From Pseudorhodobacter sp. (GTDB lineage Bacteria; Pseudomonadota; Alphaproteobacteria; Rhodobacterales; Rhodobacteraceae), in assembly GCA_024642045.1 (NCBI GenBank), contig JAHEBX010000001.1, forward strand, positions 17,590-81,589: a DNA stretch of 64,000 nt, written 5' to 3'. This document shows, one piece after another, positions 1-9,455 of this stretch; positions within the stretch are counted from its first letter, which is position 1; each line of letters begins with the position of its first letter. The notes under the pieces were generated by a model, which saw only the letters and a list, made by a program, of their open reading frames with translations, was not told where the DNA came from and did no database searches. Position numbers and translations under genes: made by a program.

Positions 1-42
1 GAGGTGACCGGATTAATCACTGGCGCCATCGAAACCGTCTGA
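1..42 (+). CDS. 3' end of a sugar ABC transporter ATP-binding protein (truncated by window edge)
   Basis: Frame 1 reads EVTGLITGAIETV-stop, resembling C-termini of single-domain sugar ABC ATPases; lies 21 bp before a permease. Confidence 0.45.
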   Translation, partial: EVTGLITGAIETV

Positions 43-63
43 CTTCTTTCGCAAAGGCCTCCA

Positions 64-1062
64 ATGACAAGCTCGCTGACACGTTCCATTGACCAAAAGC
101 AGCAGACATTTCTGTCCAGCATTCTGGCAAGCCAGACGTTTTGGGTTTTCATCGCGGTGATTTTGGCAAGTGTTGCCCTGTCTTTCGCGACGGACAGTTT
201 TGCCACCAGCAAGAACCTATACAACATCACCCGCAACGTTACTTTTACGGCCATCATCGCGCTGGGCATGACTTTGGTCATCATCACCGGCGGGATTGAC
301 CTGTCAGTCGGCTCGGTTCTGTGTCTGTGCAGCATGGTGCTGGCGGTCGTGATGCACGCAGGCTACTCGATTGAGATCGGCATTGCAGCCTCGATCCTTA
401 CAGCGCTGGTGGTGGGGGCCTTCAACGGGTTTTTGATCGCCTATATTGGCTTGCCGCCCTTTGTCGTGACGCTGGGGATGCTGTCGGTGGCGCGCAGTCT
501 GGCGATGGTTGCTTCGGGAAATACCGTGGTGTTCGAGTTTGGCCCTGACCATGACACTCTGTTGGCCTTGGGTGGAGGTGCTTGGTTTTTCGGAATCGCA
601 AATCCGGTGATGTACACAATCGTTCTGGCCCTTCTGACCGGCTTTGTGCTGCGCTGGACCCGCTTTGGCCGCCATGTCTTTGCCATTGGCGGAAATGAAA
701 GTGCCGCGACGCTGACGGGCGTTCCGGTCAAGATGATCAAGGTCGCGGTCTATATGATTTCGGCACTGTCCGCGGGAATTGCAGGGATCGTGCAGACGGG
801 CTGGCTTGGGGCGGTGACGACCAATATCGGGGCAGGGATGGAGCTTCAGGTGATCGCTGCTGCCGTCATTGGCGGCGCAAACCTTGCCGGCGGCGGGGGC
901 ACGGCCCTTGGCGCCATCATCGGCGCAATGCTCATCGAGGTGATCCGCAACAGCCTTGGCTTATTAGGCATTAACGCGTTTTGGCAGGGAACGTTTATCG
1001 GCGGTGCAATCCTGTTCGCCGTGTTGTTCGACCGTCTTGCAAACTATCGCAGAAACGTCTGA
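64..1062 (+). CDS. Ribose/CUT2-type sugar ABC transporter permease
   Basis: Hydrophobic 332 aa ORF with TGGIDLSVGS, PPFVVTLG and GRHVFAIGGNESAA motifs of the RbsC family. Confidence 0.9.
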   Translation: MTSSLTRSIDQKQQTFLSSILASQTFWVFIAVILASVALSFATDSFATSKNLYNITRNVTFTAIIALGMTLVIITGGIDLSVGSVLCLCSMVLAVVMHAGYSIEIGIAASILTALVVGAFNGFLIAYIGLPPFVVTLGMLSVARSLAMVASGNTVVFEFGPDHDTLLALGGGAWFFGIANPVMYTIVLALLTGFVLRWTRFGRHVFAIGGNESAATLTGVPVKMIKVAVYMISALSAGIAGIVQTGWLGAVTTNIGAGMELQVIAAAVIGGANLAGGGGTALGAIIGAMLIEVIRNSLGLLGINAFWQGTFIGGAILFAVLFDRLANYRRNV

Positions 1063-1202
1063 CCCGCGGCGCGCTGACCGGAATTGAGATTATTGAATAT
1101 GATGTTCGTCGCGGGTGGGCAGCAAGCTAGTGTTTCGGTGCGATGGCCCTCGAAGACCACGGCCTGGAGCAACCGATCCAACCTTGAGTGGAGAGTTAGC
1201 AG

Positions 1203-2093
1203 ATGAAACTTGGCGTTGTTGGGCTTGGATCAATGGGCTATGGCATCGCGGCCTCGCTGTTAAGGGCAGGGCACACGGTTTGCGGTTCTGATGTCAATGC
1301 CGATGCGATGCAGCGTTTGCAGGCGGAAGGTGGGTCTTCAGAGGCAATCGGCGACGCTGCGCAGGGTCTTGAGGCTCTGGTGGTGGTGGTTTTAAACGCC
1401 GCGCAAGTCGAGACGGTTCTCTTTGGGTCGCTGGCACTTGCGTCCCGCATGCCCAAAGGGGCGGTTGTGATCTGCTGCGTCACCGTCGCCCCCGAGTTCG
1501 CCCGCATGATGGGCGCGCGGTGCGAGGCTTTGGGGTTGCTGTATCTTGATGCACCGATTTCCGGCGGGTCGGTCAAAGCGGCCAGAGGCAAGCTGACGGT
1601 GATGGCCTCGGGCTCTGCAGCGGCCTTTGTGGCAGCTCAGCCGGTGCTCGCGGCCACGGCAGAAAAGGTGTTCGAGCTGGGCGACGGTGCTGGCATGGGC
1701 TCTGCGATGAAGGCGGTCAACCAGATGCTTGCAGGTGTGCATATTGCCGCCATGGCCGAGGCTGTAACGTTTGGCATTACGCAGGGAATAGCGCCTGAAA
1801 CCTTCCTCAAAGTCATCCCCGATTGTGCGGGCACCAGTTGGATGCTGGAAAACCGCGCGCCACATATTGTCTCGGGGGATTATACGCCCCATTCAGCGGT
1901 GGATATCTGGCCCAAGGATCTGGGGATCGTGCTGGATGCCGCGCGTGCCGCCAAATTCTCGGCCCCGCTGACCGCGGCCGCTTTGCAGCAGTTTGTGGCG
2001 GCCTCGAACATGGGTTTGGGGCGACAGGATGACGCTGCGGTTGCCAAGGTCTACGCCAGCATTGCGGGCCTTTCGTTGCCGGGCGAGACTTGA
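1203..2093 (+). CDS. ltnD: L-threonate dehydrogenase (beta-hydroxyacid dehydrogenase family)
   Basis: GVVGLGSMG Rossmann motif, DAPISGG, catalytic K in MKAVNQ, IWPKDLGIV; directly precedes otnK-otnC. Confidence 0.8.
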   Translation: MKLGVVGLGSMGYGIAASLLRAGHTVCGSDVNADAMQRLQAEGGSSEAIGDAAQGLEALVVVVLNAAQVETVLFGSLALASRMPKGAVVICCVTVAPEFARMMGARCEALGLLYLDAPISGGSVKAARGKLTVMASGSAAAFVAAQPVLAATAEKVFELGDGAGMGSAMKAVNQMLAGVHIAAMAEAVTFGITQGIAPETFLKVIPDCAGTSWMLENRAPHIVSGDYTPHSAVDIWPKDLGIVLDAARAAKFSAPLTAAALQQFVAASNMGLGRQDDAAVAKVYASIAGLSLPGET

Positions 2094-2096
2094 GGC

Positions 2097-3350
2097 ATGG
2101 CGTTCTTCGGTGCCATTGCAGATGACTTCACCGGCGCTACCGATCTTGCTGGGCTTTTGGCACGTTCAGGTGTGCCGGTGTCGCTGCGGATAGGCGTTCC
2201 GGTCGCGCCACCCGCAGACACAGCCCCGATCGAAATCATAGCCCTTAAGTGCCGCACAACTGCGGTGACAGAGGCAGTGGCCGAAACGCGGGCGGCATTG
2301 ATCTGGCTGCGCGAGGCTGGGGCGCAAAGGTTCTTTTGGAAGTATTGCTCGACTTTCGACTCGACGCCGCAAGGCAATATCGGCCCCGTCGCCGAGGCGC
2401 TTATGGCCGACCTTGGTGCGACCCAGACAATCTACTGCCCGGCCTTCCCGGAAAATGGCCGCAGCATTTTTATGGGCAATCTCTTCGTGGGCGAACAGCC
2501 TTTGTCGGAAAGCCCGATGAAGGACCACCCGCTGACGCCGATGCGCGATAGCAATCTCATGCGACTTCTGGCGCCTCAGGTCACCAAACCGGTTGGTCTG
2601 GCAAACCGTCATACAGTGGCAAAGGGCGCATTGCGCCAAAGGTTGGCCGAACTTGCCTCTGCGGGGGTTGCGCATGTTGTGGTGGATGCCGTCAGCAATG
2701 ACGATCTGCATAAGATCGCCGAGGCCTGCCAGTCGATGCCCTTGCTGACGGGTGGCAGCGCCATCGCCATGCCCCTGCCTGCGTTATGGTTGGCGCAAGG
2801 GTTGGTGCCAAAAGCCGATGACACCGCGTTGCCCCATGCCGAGGCTGGGCCGGCGGTTGTGTTGTCCGGATCTTGTTCGGATATGACCAATCGGCAAGTC
2901 GCGGCTTTCGTTAGTGGCCATCCATCGTTCCGACTGGATCCGGTGGACTTGGCCCAGCATGGCGCGGGTGCGGCGCTGGACTGGGTCGCGCGCCAGGATC
3001 TTGGCACCACACCGATTGTCTACGCCACCGCTGCGCCAAGCGCTGTCAAAAGGGCGCAATCGCTGCTGGGAGGCCATGAGGCGGGCAGACTGGTGGAGGA
3101 GGCACTCGCCGCCTGTGCTGTTGCTGCCCGCAATCGAGGGGCAAGGCGGTTCGTGGTGGCAGGTGGTGAAACCGCAGGCGCTGTCACCCAAGCGCTTGAC
3201 ATCAACCGCCTGAATATCGGGGCCGAGATTGCGCCCGGTGTGCCGTGGTGCTTTGCCACCAGCGCGGGTCATCAGGTTGCCATCACTCTTAAATCTGGCA
3301 ATTTTGGGCAGGAAGGATTCTTTACCGAAGCGCTGAGGGCATTGCCATGA
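2097..3350 (+). CDS. otnK: 3-oxo-tetronate kinase (DUF1537 four-carbon acid sugar kinase)
   Basis: GAIADDFTGATD, FWKYCSTFDST, GGETAG and LKSGNFG motifs. Confidence 0.88.
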   Translation: MAFFGAIADDFTGATDLAGLLARSGVPVSLRIGVPVAPPADTAPIEIIALKCRTTAVTEAVAETRAALIWLREAGAQRFFWKYCSTFDSTPQGNIGPVAEALMADLGATQTIYCPAFPENGRSIFMGNLFVGEQPLSESPMKDHPLTPMRDSNLMRLLAPQVTKPVGLANRHTVAKGALRQRLAELASAGVAHVVVDAVSNDDLHKIAEACQSMPLLTGGSAIAMPLPALWLAQGLVPKADDTALPHAEAGPAVVLSGSCSDMTNRQVAAFVSGHPSFRLDPVDLAQHGAGAALDWVARQDLGTTPIVYATAAPSAVKRAQSLLGGHEAGRLVEEALAACAVAARNRGARRFVVAGGETAGAVTQALDINRLNIGAEIAPGVPWCFATSAGHQVAITLKSGNFGQEGFFTEALRALP

Positions 3351-3994
3351 GCGAAGAAACCACCTTGCGCGAACAGATGTGCAGCTTGGCCAGATCCTTG
3401 TTCGATCGGGGTCTGACCGGTGGGTCCACCGGCAATATTTCGGCGCGTCTCTCCGACGGCAGCCTGTTGGTCTCACCCACGGGCACCAGTTTTGGCAGGT
3501 TGGATCCCGCGCGGCTCAGCCATTTTGACGCCGGTGGCAGGCTGATCGGTGGTGATCAACCCACCAAGGAAATGCCGTTACATACAGCCTTTTACGACAC
3601 GCGGGCTTGTGGGGCGGTGGTGCATCTGCACTGTTGTCACGCGGTTGCGTTGTCAACTTTGCCAGAGGTTGATGAAGACAACTTTCTGCCGCCGATCACG
3701 CCCTATGCTGTGATGCAACTGGGACGGGTCAAGCTGCTGCCCTACTTTCGCCCCGGCGATCCGGCGATGGGGCAGGCGGTTCGTGGGCTGGCGGGAAAAC
3801 GCAGTGCCGTGATGTTGGCCAACCACGGTCCGGTCGTGGCAGGGCGCGACATTGAGGCGGCTTGCAATGCGATCGAGGAACTTGAAGCGACCGCCCGACT
3901 TGCTCTTTTGACACGCGCTTTGCATCCAAGGCTTCTGACCGGAGCGCAAATAGGTGACGTCGTTACAACTTTTGATGTCGAGTGGGACACATGA
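3347..3994 (+). CDS. otnC: 3-oxo-tetronate 4-phosphate decarboxylase (class II aldolase family)
   Basis: GSTGNIS, PTKEMPLH, VVHLHCCH and LANHGPVV motifs; ATGA overlap with otnK. Confidence 0.85.
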   Translation: MSEETTLREQMCSLARSLFDRGLTGGSTGNISARLSDGSLLVSPTGTSFGRLDPARLSHFDAGGRLIGGDQPTKEMPLHTAFYDTRACGAVVHLHCCHAVALSTLPEVDEDNFLPPITPYAVMQLGRVKLLPYFRPGDPAMGQAVRGLAGKRSAVMLANHGPVVAGRDIEAACNAIEELEATARLALLTRALHPRLLTGAQIGDVVTTFDVEWDT

Positions 3995-4767
3995 AATTCT
4001 CGGCCAACCTCGGATTTCTCTGGACAGATCGCACATTGCCCGACGCCATCCGCGCGGCTCATGGCGCAGGCTACGATGCAGTGGAATGTCATTGGCCATA
4101 TGACACGCCTGCCGACCAAACCCTCGCGGCCTTGCAGGATACTGGCATGAGGATGCTTGGCCTGAACACACGTCGCGGCAATATAGCCATAGGCGAAAAC
4201 GGCCTCTCGGCCCTGCCGGGTCGTGAGGCTGAGGCACGCGCCGCTATCGACGAAGCGCTGAACTATGCTCGGGCGACGGGCACAGGCGGTGTGCATGTAA
4301 TGGCGGGCAATTCCAGCGGACCACGCGCAAGGGCGGCCTTCGTGGCAAATCTGCGCTATGCCTGCCAGCAGGCCCACGAGATCATGATCCTGATCGAACC
4401 GCTCAACCCCTACAACGCGCCGGGGTATTTCCTGAACTCGACCGGCCTTGCTGCAGATATCATCCGCGAGGTGGGTGAAGCCAACCTGCGGCTGATGTTT
4501 GACTGCTATCATGTCCAGATCATCGAAGGGGATGTGACGCGACGAATAGAGGCCTTGCTGCCGCTGATCGGTCATATCCAGATTGCTTCGGTGCCCGACC
4601 GGGGCAAACCCGATCATGGCGAGCTCGACTACGGCTATGTGTTGCAACAGGTCACGCGATTGGGCTGGCCGCATCCCATCGGTGCTGAATACATGCCCGG
4701 CCAAGACCGCGATATGGGCTGGCTGGCCCTCTTTAGACAACCCGCAAAGGAACCAGATGATGAGTGA
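3991..4767 (+). CDS. otnI: Hydroxypyruvate isomerase family TIM barrel, probable 2-oxo-tetronate isomerase
   Basis: KFSANLGFL, LIEPLN, FDCYHVQ, GHIQIASVPDRG and GELDY motifs; ATG at 3991 overlaps the otnC stop. Confidence 0.72.
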   Translation: MKFSANLGFLWTDRTLPDAIRAAHGAGYDAVECHWPYDTPADQTLAALQDTGMRMLGLNTRRGNIAIGENGLSALPGREAEARAAIDEALNYARATGTGGVHVMAGNSSGPRARAAFVANLRYACQQAHEIMILIEPLNPYNAPGYFLNSTGLAADIIREVGEANLRLMFDCYHVQIIEGDVTRRIEALLPLIGHIQIASVPDRGKPDHGELDYGYVLQQVTRLGWPHPIGAEYMPGQDRDMGWLALFRQPAKEPDDE

Positions 4768-5689
4768 CAAACCTGTAATCGGCTTTATCGGCCTGGGCTT
4801 TATGGGCCACGGGATGGCGCGGAATTTGCGGCTGAAGGGCTATGAGCTATGGGTCAAGGGCCGTGCCAACCGTGGACCCGTCGAGAGCCTGCTTTCCATC
4901 GGCGCACATGAGGCAGCAAGCCCACAGGAAATGGCGGAAAAGTGTGATATCATCCACATCTGTCTGTCGAACTCGGCTCAGATCGAGGCCGTGATGCGGG
5001 CGCCTGACGGCATTCTTGCAGGTGCGCGCCCCGGTCTGATCGTGATTGACACCTCAACCGCCAACCCCGGCTCGACCGAGGTTCTGGCCGCGGAACTTGC
5101 AGCCAAGGGCGGGCACTTTGTCGATGCACCGCTTGGCGGCACCCCCGTGCAGGCCGAGGCCGGGCAACTCAGCGCCATGGTCGGCTGCGAAGCGGCGGTC
5201 TTTGACCGTGTCGCGCCGGTCATTGGCAGCTGGGCTGCGCGCGCGACCCGCATCGGGCCGGTTGGCAGCGGCCATAAGATGAAGCTTTTGATGAACTTCA
5301 TCAGCCTGTCTTACGGAGCCCTGTTTTCGGAAGTCGTGGTGCTGGGGGCCAAGGTGGGCATCTCGGCCCAGACCATCCGCGAGGTGATCTCGCCAAGCCG
5401 GATGGGCAACGGTTTCTTTGAAACGTTCATGGGGTATGTTGTTGATCGCAATCGCGACAGTCACAAATTCTCGATCGCCAACGCGGCCAAGGATCTGCGC
5501 TATCTCAACGACATGGCCTCGGACGCCAACATGATGAACATTATGGCCGCCGCAGCCCAACACTACTACAGCCATGCGGTCGCAACGGGGCATGAACAAG
5601 ACTACGTCCCGATGCTCTCCGATCTCGTCGGCGCCCTGAACGGCGTCGATATGGAAGATGCCGTCGCAAAAGGGATGACAGGCGCCTGA
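4760..5689 (+). CDS. NAD(P)-dependent beta-hydroxyacid dehydrogenase (3-hydroxyisobutyrate dehydrogenase family)
   Basis: IGFIGLGFMG, DTST, DAPLGG and GHKMKLLMN motifs; start overlaps the end of otnI (4757 is an alternative start). Confidence 0.85.
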   Translation: MSDKPVIGFIGLGFMGHGMARNLRLKGYELWVKGRANRGPVESLLSIGAHEAASPQEMAEKCDIIHICLSNSAQIEAVMRAPDGILAGARPGLIVIDTSTANPGSTEVLAAELAAKGGHFVDAPLGGTPVQAEAGQLSAMVGCEAAVFDRVAPVIGSWAARATRIGPVGSGHKMKLLMNFISLSYGALFSEVVVLGAKVGISAQTIREVISPSRMGNGFFETFMGYVVDRNRDSHKFSIANAAKDLRYLNDMASDANMMNIMAAAAQHYYSHAVATGHEQDYVPMLSDLVGALNGVDMEDAVAKGMTGA

Positions 5690-6056
5690 GCCCAACGCGC
5701 GCCATACTTCGCATCGGTCTTGCAGCGCAAATGGGCGCAGCTGCAGGTTTTCCTGCCTAGCGCCCGCTTGGGCGCGCCGTCATCTTCACCTTCAAGACCG
5801 GCTATGATCGCATCGTCGCTTTCGTGATAACGCCGGATTGCCGGTATGTTACCTATGCGCTCGAGGCATCGGCGCTGAGCCTTCCCGATCGTTTGGCCCA
5901 GACGCCCAACCACGTCGCGGTCACGGACCACGGCATGCGCAGAGCGGTGTCAGCTTAGTGACCAGCACTGCGGCCGAGCTTTGCCACAGGCTTTGACACT
6001 CTGGCGCCCTTTCAGGGCACTGTTGAGACCATGGTGCGCGCAGAAATCGAATCAAG

Positions 6057-6085
6057 TTGACAGATATGGAACGTTCCATTAGTTA
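6057..6085 (+). promoter_or_regulatory. Sigma70-type promoter of the afr operon
   Basis: TTGACA (6057-6062), 17 nt spacer, TAGTTA (6080-6085); 32 bp before the ATG at 6118. Confidence 0.65.
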
Positions 6086-6100
6086 TTTTGGAACGTTCCA
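6066..6100. promoter_or_regulatory. Tandem LacI-type operators
   Basis: Perfect palindromes ATGGAACGTTCCAT (6066-6079) and TGGAACGTTCCA (6089-6100), central CG, centres 22 bp apart. Confidence 0.8.
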
Positions 6101-6117
6101 TAAATTGTGAGGCTTGG

Positions 6118-7122
6118 ATGATTTGGGCGCTGATCGGGGCAAGCACGATTGCCAGCCAGTATATGGTGGATGCTTTGCGCGCCCAGCCCGCGGGCACTGT
6201 CCGCTGGATTATATCTGGCACTGCGGTGCGGGCGGCCGAGTTTGCCGCGGCGCATGACATTCCATATTCAGACACCCATCTGGCGGCGGCTCTGGATGAT
6301 CCGGCCGTTCAGGCCGTCTATATCTCTTCTACCAACGATCGGCACATGGATCAGGCTTTGGGCGCTATTGCTGCTGGCAAGCATGTGCTGTGCGAAAAGC
6401 CGCTTGCGCTGACCGCAAAGGATGCCGCGCAGATCGTTGCGGCGGCAGAGGCTGCCGGTGTGGTCTTTGCCACCAACCATCACCTGCGTTGTGCGGGCAG
6501 CCATCAGGCGGTGCGCGCGCTGATCCACGCAGGACGGATCGGGCGCGTGTTGTCGCTGCGAATTCATCACGCCGTGCATTTGCCGGAAAATCTGCAGGGC
6601 TGGCGGATCAATTCGGCGGCTTCGGGCGGTGGTGTCGTGCCTGATATCACCGTGCATGACGCAGATGTCGCGCGGTTTCTGTTGGGCGAAGACCCGCAGA
6701 GCGTGGTGGCACAAGTGACGAGTTCCGGTTTGGGGCAGGGGGTGGAAGATTCCGCCATGTCAGTCTGGGCCATGCCTTCGGGCGCGATGGTGATGAGCCA
6801 TGAAAGCTTTACTCACCCCTTTGCGGGCTCGGGGCTTGAGGTCCACGGCACAGAAGGCTCGATCTTTGCGCGCGGGGTGATGACGCAGCAGCCGGTGGGC
6901 GAGATTGAGATGGTCACTGCCAAGGGCCGCGAGGTGGTGCGCTTTGAGGCGCATAACCTCTATCAATTTGGCGTTGCGCGGTTTTGTGACGCGGTTGCGG
7001 GCCGCGGGGGCGTGGCGGCGAGCGGATGGGACGGCGTAAAATCCCTTGCGGTGGCCGAGGCCGTACGCCAGGCCGCAGCGACGGGTGCCCAAGTTTCCGT
7101 GGGGTATGGGGTGGCGCCATGA
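6118..7122 (+). CDS. afr: Gfo/Idh/MocA oxidoreductase, 1,5-anhydro-D-fructose reductase-like
   Basis: WALIGASTIA, VYISSTN, GKHVLCEKPLA, TNHHLR, LQGWR, DITVHDAD and EVHGTEGS match the recalled Sinorhizobium Afr sequence along its length. Confidence 0.78.
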   Translation: MIWALIGASTIASQYMVDALRAQPAGTVRWIISGTAVRAAEFAAAHDIPYSDTHLAAALDDPAVQAVYISSTNDRHMDQALGAIAAGKHVLCEKPLALTAKDAAQIVAAAEAAGVVFATNHHLRCAGSHQAVRALIHAGRIGRVLSLRIHHAVHLPENLQGWRINSAASGGGVVPDITVHDADVARFLLGEDPQSVVAQVTSSGLGQGVEDSAMSVWAMPSGAMVMSHESFTHPFAGSGLEVHGTEGSIFARGVMTQQPVGEIEMVTAKGREVVRFEAHNLYQFGVARFCDAVAGRGGVAASGWDGVKSLAVAEAVRQAAATGAQVSVGYGVAP

Positions 7123-8690
7123 GCAAGCTGGTATCCGCAGCCCAGGCCGTTGCCCACATCGAAGACGGCGCGGTTGTCACGGTGTCGTCCTCCTCGGCCT
7201 TGGGCTGCCCTGACCTTGTGCTGAAGGCCATTGGTGCGCGCTTTGACGACAGCGGACATCCGCGTGGATTGACCACAATCCATCCGATCGCTGCGGGGGA
7301 TATGTACGGTGTCAAAGGCGTGGATCACATTGCCAAAGACGGGCTGCTCACCCGGATTTTGGGCGGGTCTTATCCGTCGGGGCCGTCGTCGAAACCGATG
7401 CCCGCGATCTGGCAGATGATCGTTGAAGACCGCGTTGCGGCCTATAACGTACCCTCGGGGATCTTGTTCGACATGCACCGCGAGGCGGCAGCGCGTCGCC
7501 CCGGTGTTTTGACGCGGGTGGGTTTGAAAACCTTTGCCGACCCGATCCGCCAAGGCTGCGCGATGAACGATCTCGCGGCCAAAACCCCGATTGTGAACCG
7601 CGTCGAGTTTCTGGGCGAGACCTGGCTGCACTATCCCAACATCATCCCGACGGTTGCGATCTTGCGCGCAACCACGGCCGATGAGCATGGCAATCTGACC
7701 TACGAGCACGAAGGCGCCTATCTGGGTGGGCTGGAACAGGCGATCTGCGTGCGAAATCACGGCGGTCTGGTGATTGCGCAGGTTTCCCGCGTCACCAAGC
7801 GCGGGTCGCTGCGCCCGCATGATGTGCGCGTGCCGGGCCATCTGGTTGACCTGATCGTGGTTGACGCGGATCAAAAACAGACCTGTGAGACGCCCTATGA
7901 TCCGGCAATTTCCGGCCAGATCATGCGGCCGTGGGAAAGCTTTTCCTTGGCCGAACACGGGGTTGAAAAAATCATCGCGCGGCGCGCGGCGATGGAGTTG
8001 CGGCCCGGCATGACAGCCAATCTCGGCTTTGGTATTTCAGCGATGGTTCCAAGGATCCTGCTGGAAGAAGGTCATCCAGAGGCGGTGACTTGGGCGATTG
8101 AGCAGGGCGCTGTCGGCGGAATGCCTCTGACGGGCTTTGCCTTTGGGTGTGCGTCGAACGCTGATGCCTATGTGCCCTCGCCGCAGCAGTTCATCTATTT
8201 TCAGGGCGCAGGGTTTGACGTGTCGTTCCTGTCGTTCCTTGAGGTGGATATCGAGGGCAACGTCAATGTCTCCAAGCTTGGCAAAAAGCCTTACCTGACA
8301 GCGGGTTGCGGTGGGTTTGTCGACATCACCTCACATGCCAGAAAAATCGTCTTCTCAGGCTGGTTCGAAGCGGGGGCGGAGATTGAGTTGACCGACAAGG
8401 GTCTGCGCGTTGTCACTCCTGGCAAGTTCACCAAGATGGTCGAAGCGGTCGAACATGTCACCTTTTCGGGCGAGCGCGCCCGCGAGCAGGGGCAGGATGT
8501 GATCTATATCACCGAGCGCTGCGTGATGCGGATGGGCGAGCGGGGCATGGTGGCGACCGAAATCATGCCCGGAATTGACCCCGAGCGCGACATCGTTGCG
8601 GCAAGTCAGGGCCGCGTGTCGATTGCGCCGGATGCGATCACTTTGCCACTGTCGCTGCTCCGTGATGAGCCGATGGGGTGGGGAAGATGA
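7119..8690 (+). CDS. Family I acyl-CoA:acetate/3-ketoacid CoA transferase (YdiF/Pct-like, fused)
   Basis: GLKTFADP, ADEHGNL, NLGFGIS, catalytic E in IEQGAVGG, GCGGFVDI and YITERCV motifs. Confidence 0.88.
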   Translation: MSKLVSAAQAVAHIEDGAVVTVSSSSALGCPDLVLKAIGARFDDSGHPRGLTTIHPIAAGDMYGVKGVDHIAKDGLLTRILGGSYPSGPSSKPMPAIWQMIVEDRVAAYNVPSGILFDMHREAAARRPGVLTRVGLKTFADPIRQGCAMNDLAAKTPIVNRVEFLGETWLHYPNIIPTVAILRATTADEHGNLTYEHEGAYLGGLEQAICVRNHGGLVIAQVSRVTKRGSLRPHDVRVPGHLVDLIVVDADQKQTCETPYDPAISGQIMRPWESFSLAEHGVEKIIARRAAMELRPGMTANLGFGISAMVPRILLEEGHPEAVTWAIEQGAVGGMPLTGFAFGCASNADAYVPSPQQFIYFQGAGFDVSFLSFLEVDIEGNVNVSKLGKKPYLTAGCGGFVDITSHARKIVFSGWFEAGAEIELTDKGLRVVTPGKFTKMVEAVEHVTFSGERAREQGQDVIYITERCVMRMGERGMVATEIMPGIDPERDIVAASQGRVSIAPDAITLPLSLLRDEPMGWGR

Positions 8691-9454
8691 GCATGCTTCA
8701 CCTAATTCTCCGGGGTCAGATTGCCGAGCTGCGGCTGGATAACCCGCAAAAGATGAACGCCTTTACTGTCGAGATGCTGACCCAGCTGGCCGGTCATCTG
8801 GAGGCGATAGAGCGCGACGCCGGAATTCGCGCGGTGATGATTACCGCCGAAGGCAACCGCGCCTTTTGCACCGGCGCTGACATCAGCGCCTGGGCCAACC
8901 TGTCAGCGGTGGAATTTGCCCGTCATTGGGTGCGCGATGGCCACCGCATTTTCGACCGGCTTGCGCGGTTGTCCAAGCCGACCATTGCGGTGCTGAACGG
9001 TCATGCCTTTGGCGGCGGGCTGGAACTTGCTGCGGCCTGCGATCTGCGGGTAATGGCGCCCGACGCCAGTCTCGCCCTCCCCGAGGCTGGCGTCGGGATC
9101 GTGCCGGGCTGGTCGGGAACCCAGCGTTTGCTTCGGCTGATGCCCGAAGCCGTGATCAAAGAAATGGCCCTGTTTGGGCATCGCATTACGGCCGCGCGCG
9201 CCTTGGCGATGGGCTTTGTCGCGGCGGTTGACCCAGACCCGCGCGCGGCAGCTAGCGCGTTGCTGGACCGTGCCATCGGGCTGTCGCCACGCGCGGTTGA
9301 GATCACCAAATCGATGATCCACGCCAGCGCGGGCGAAGACCGCGGCGCTATGGTCGAAGCTTTGGGCAGCGCTGCGATTGCTGCAAGCGACGACCGCGAG
9401 GAAGGTGTCAGCGCCTTTCTGCAAAAGCGCAAACCTGAGTTTAAGGGGAACTGA
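8687..9454 (+). CDS. Enoyl-CoA hydratase/isomerase family protein
   Basis: AFCTGADI, GGGLELAAACD and LPEAGVGIVPG motifs (both catalytic Glu present); ATGA overlap. Confidence 0.9.
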   Translation: MSMLHLILRGQIAELRLDNPQKMNAFTVEMLTQLAGHLEAIERDAGIRAVMITAEGNRAFCTGADISAWANLSAVEFARHWVRDGHRIFDRLARLSKPTIAVLNGHAFGGGLELAAACDLRVMAPDASLALPEAGVGIVPGWSGTQRLLRLMPEAVIKEMALFGHRITAARALAMGFVAAVDPDPRAAASALLDRAIGLSPRAVEITKSMIHASAGEDRGAMVEALGSAAIAASDDREEGVSAFLQKRKPEFKGN

Positions 9455-9455
9455 C

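Noticed and set aside
5602-5931. 109 aa - strand ORF as a transposase remnant
   Set aside because: No DDE motif, terminal inverted repeats or target duplication seen; it overlaps the end of a real gene
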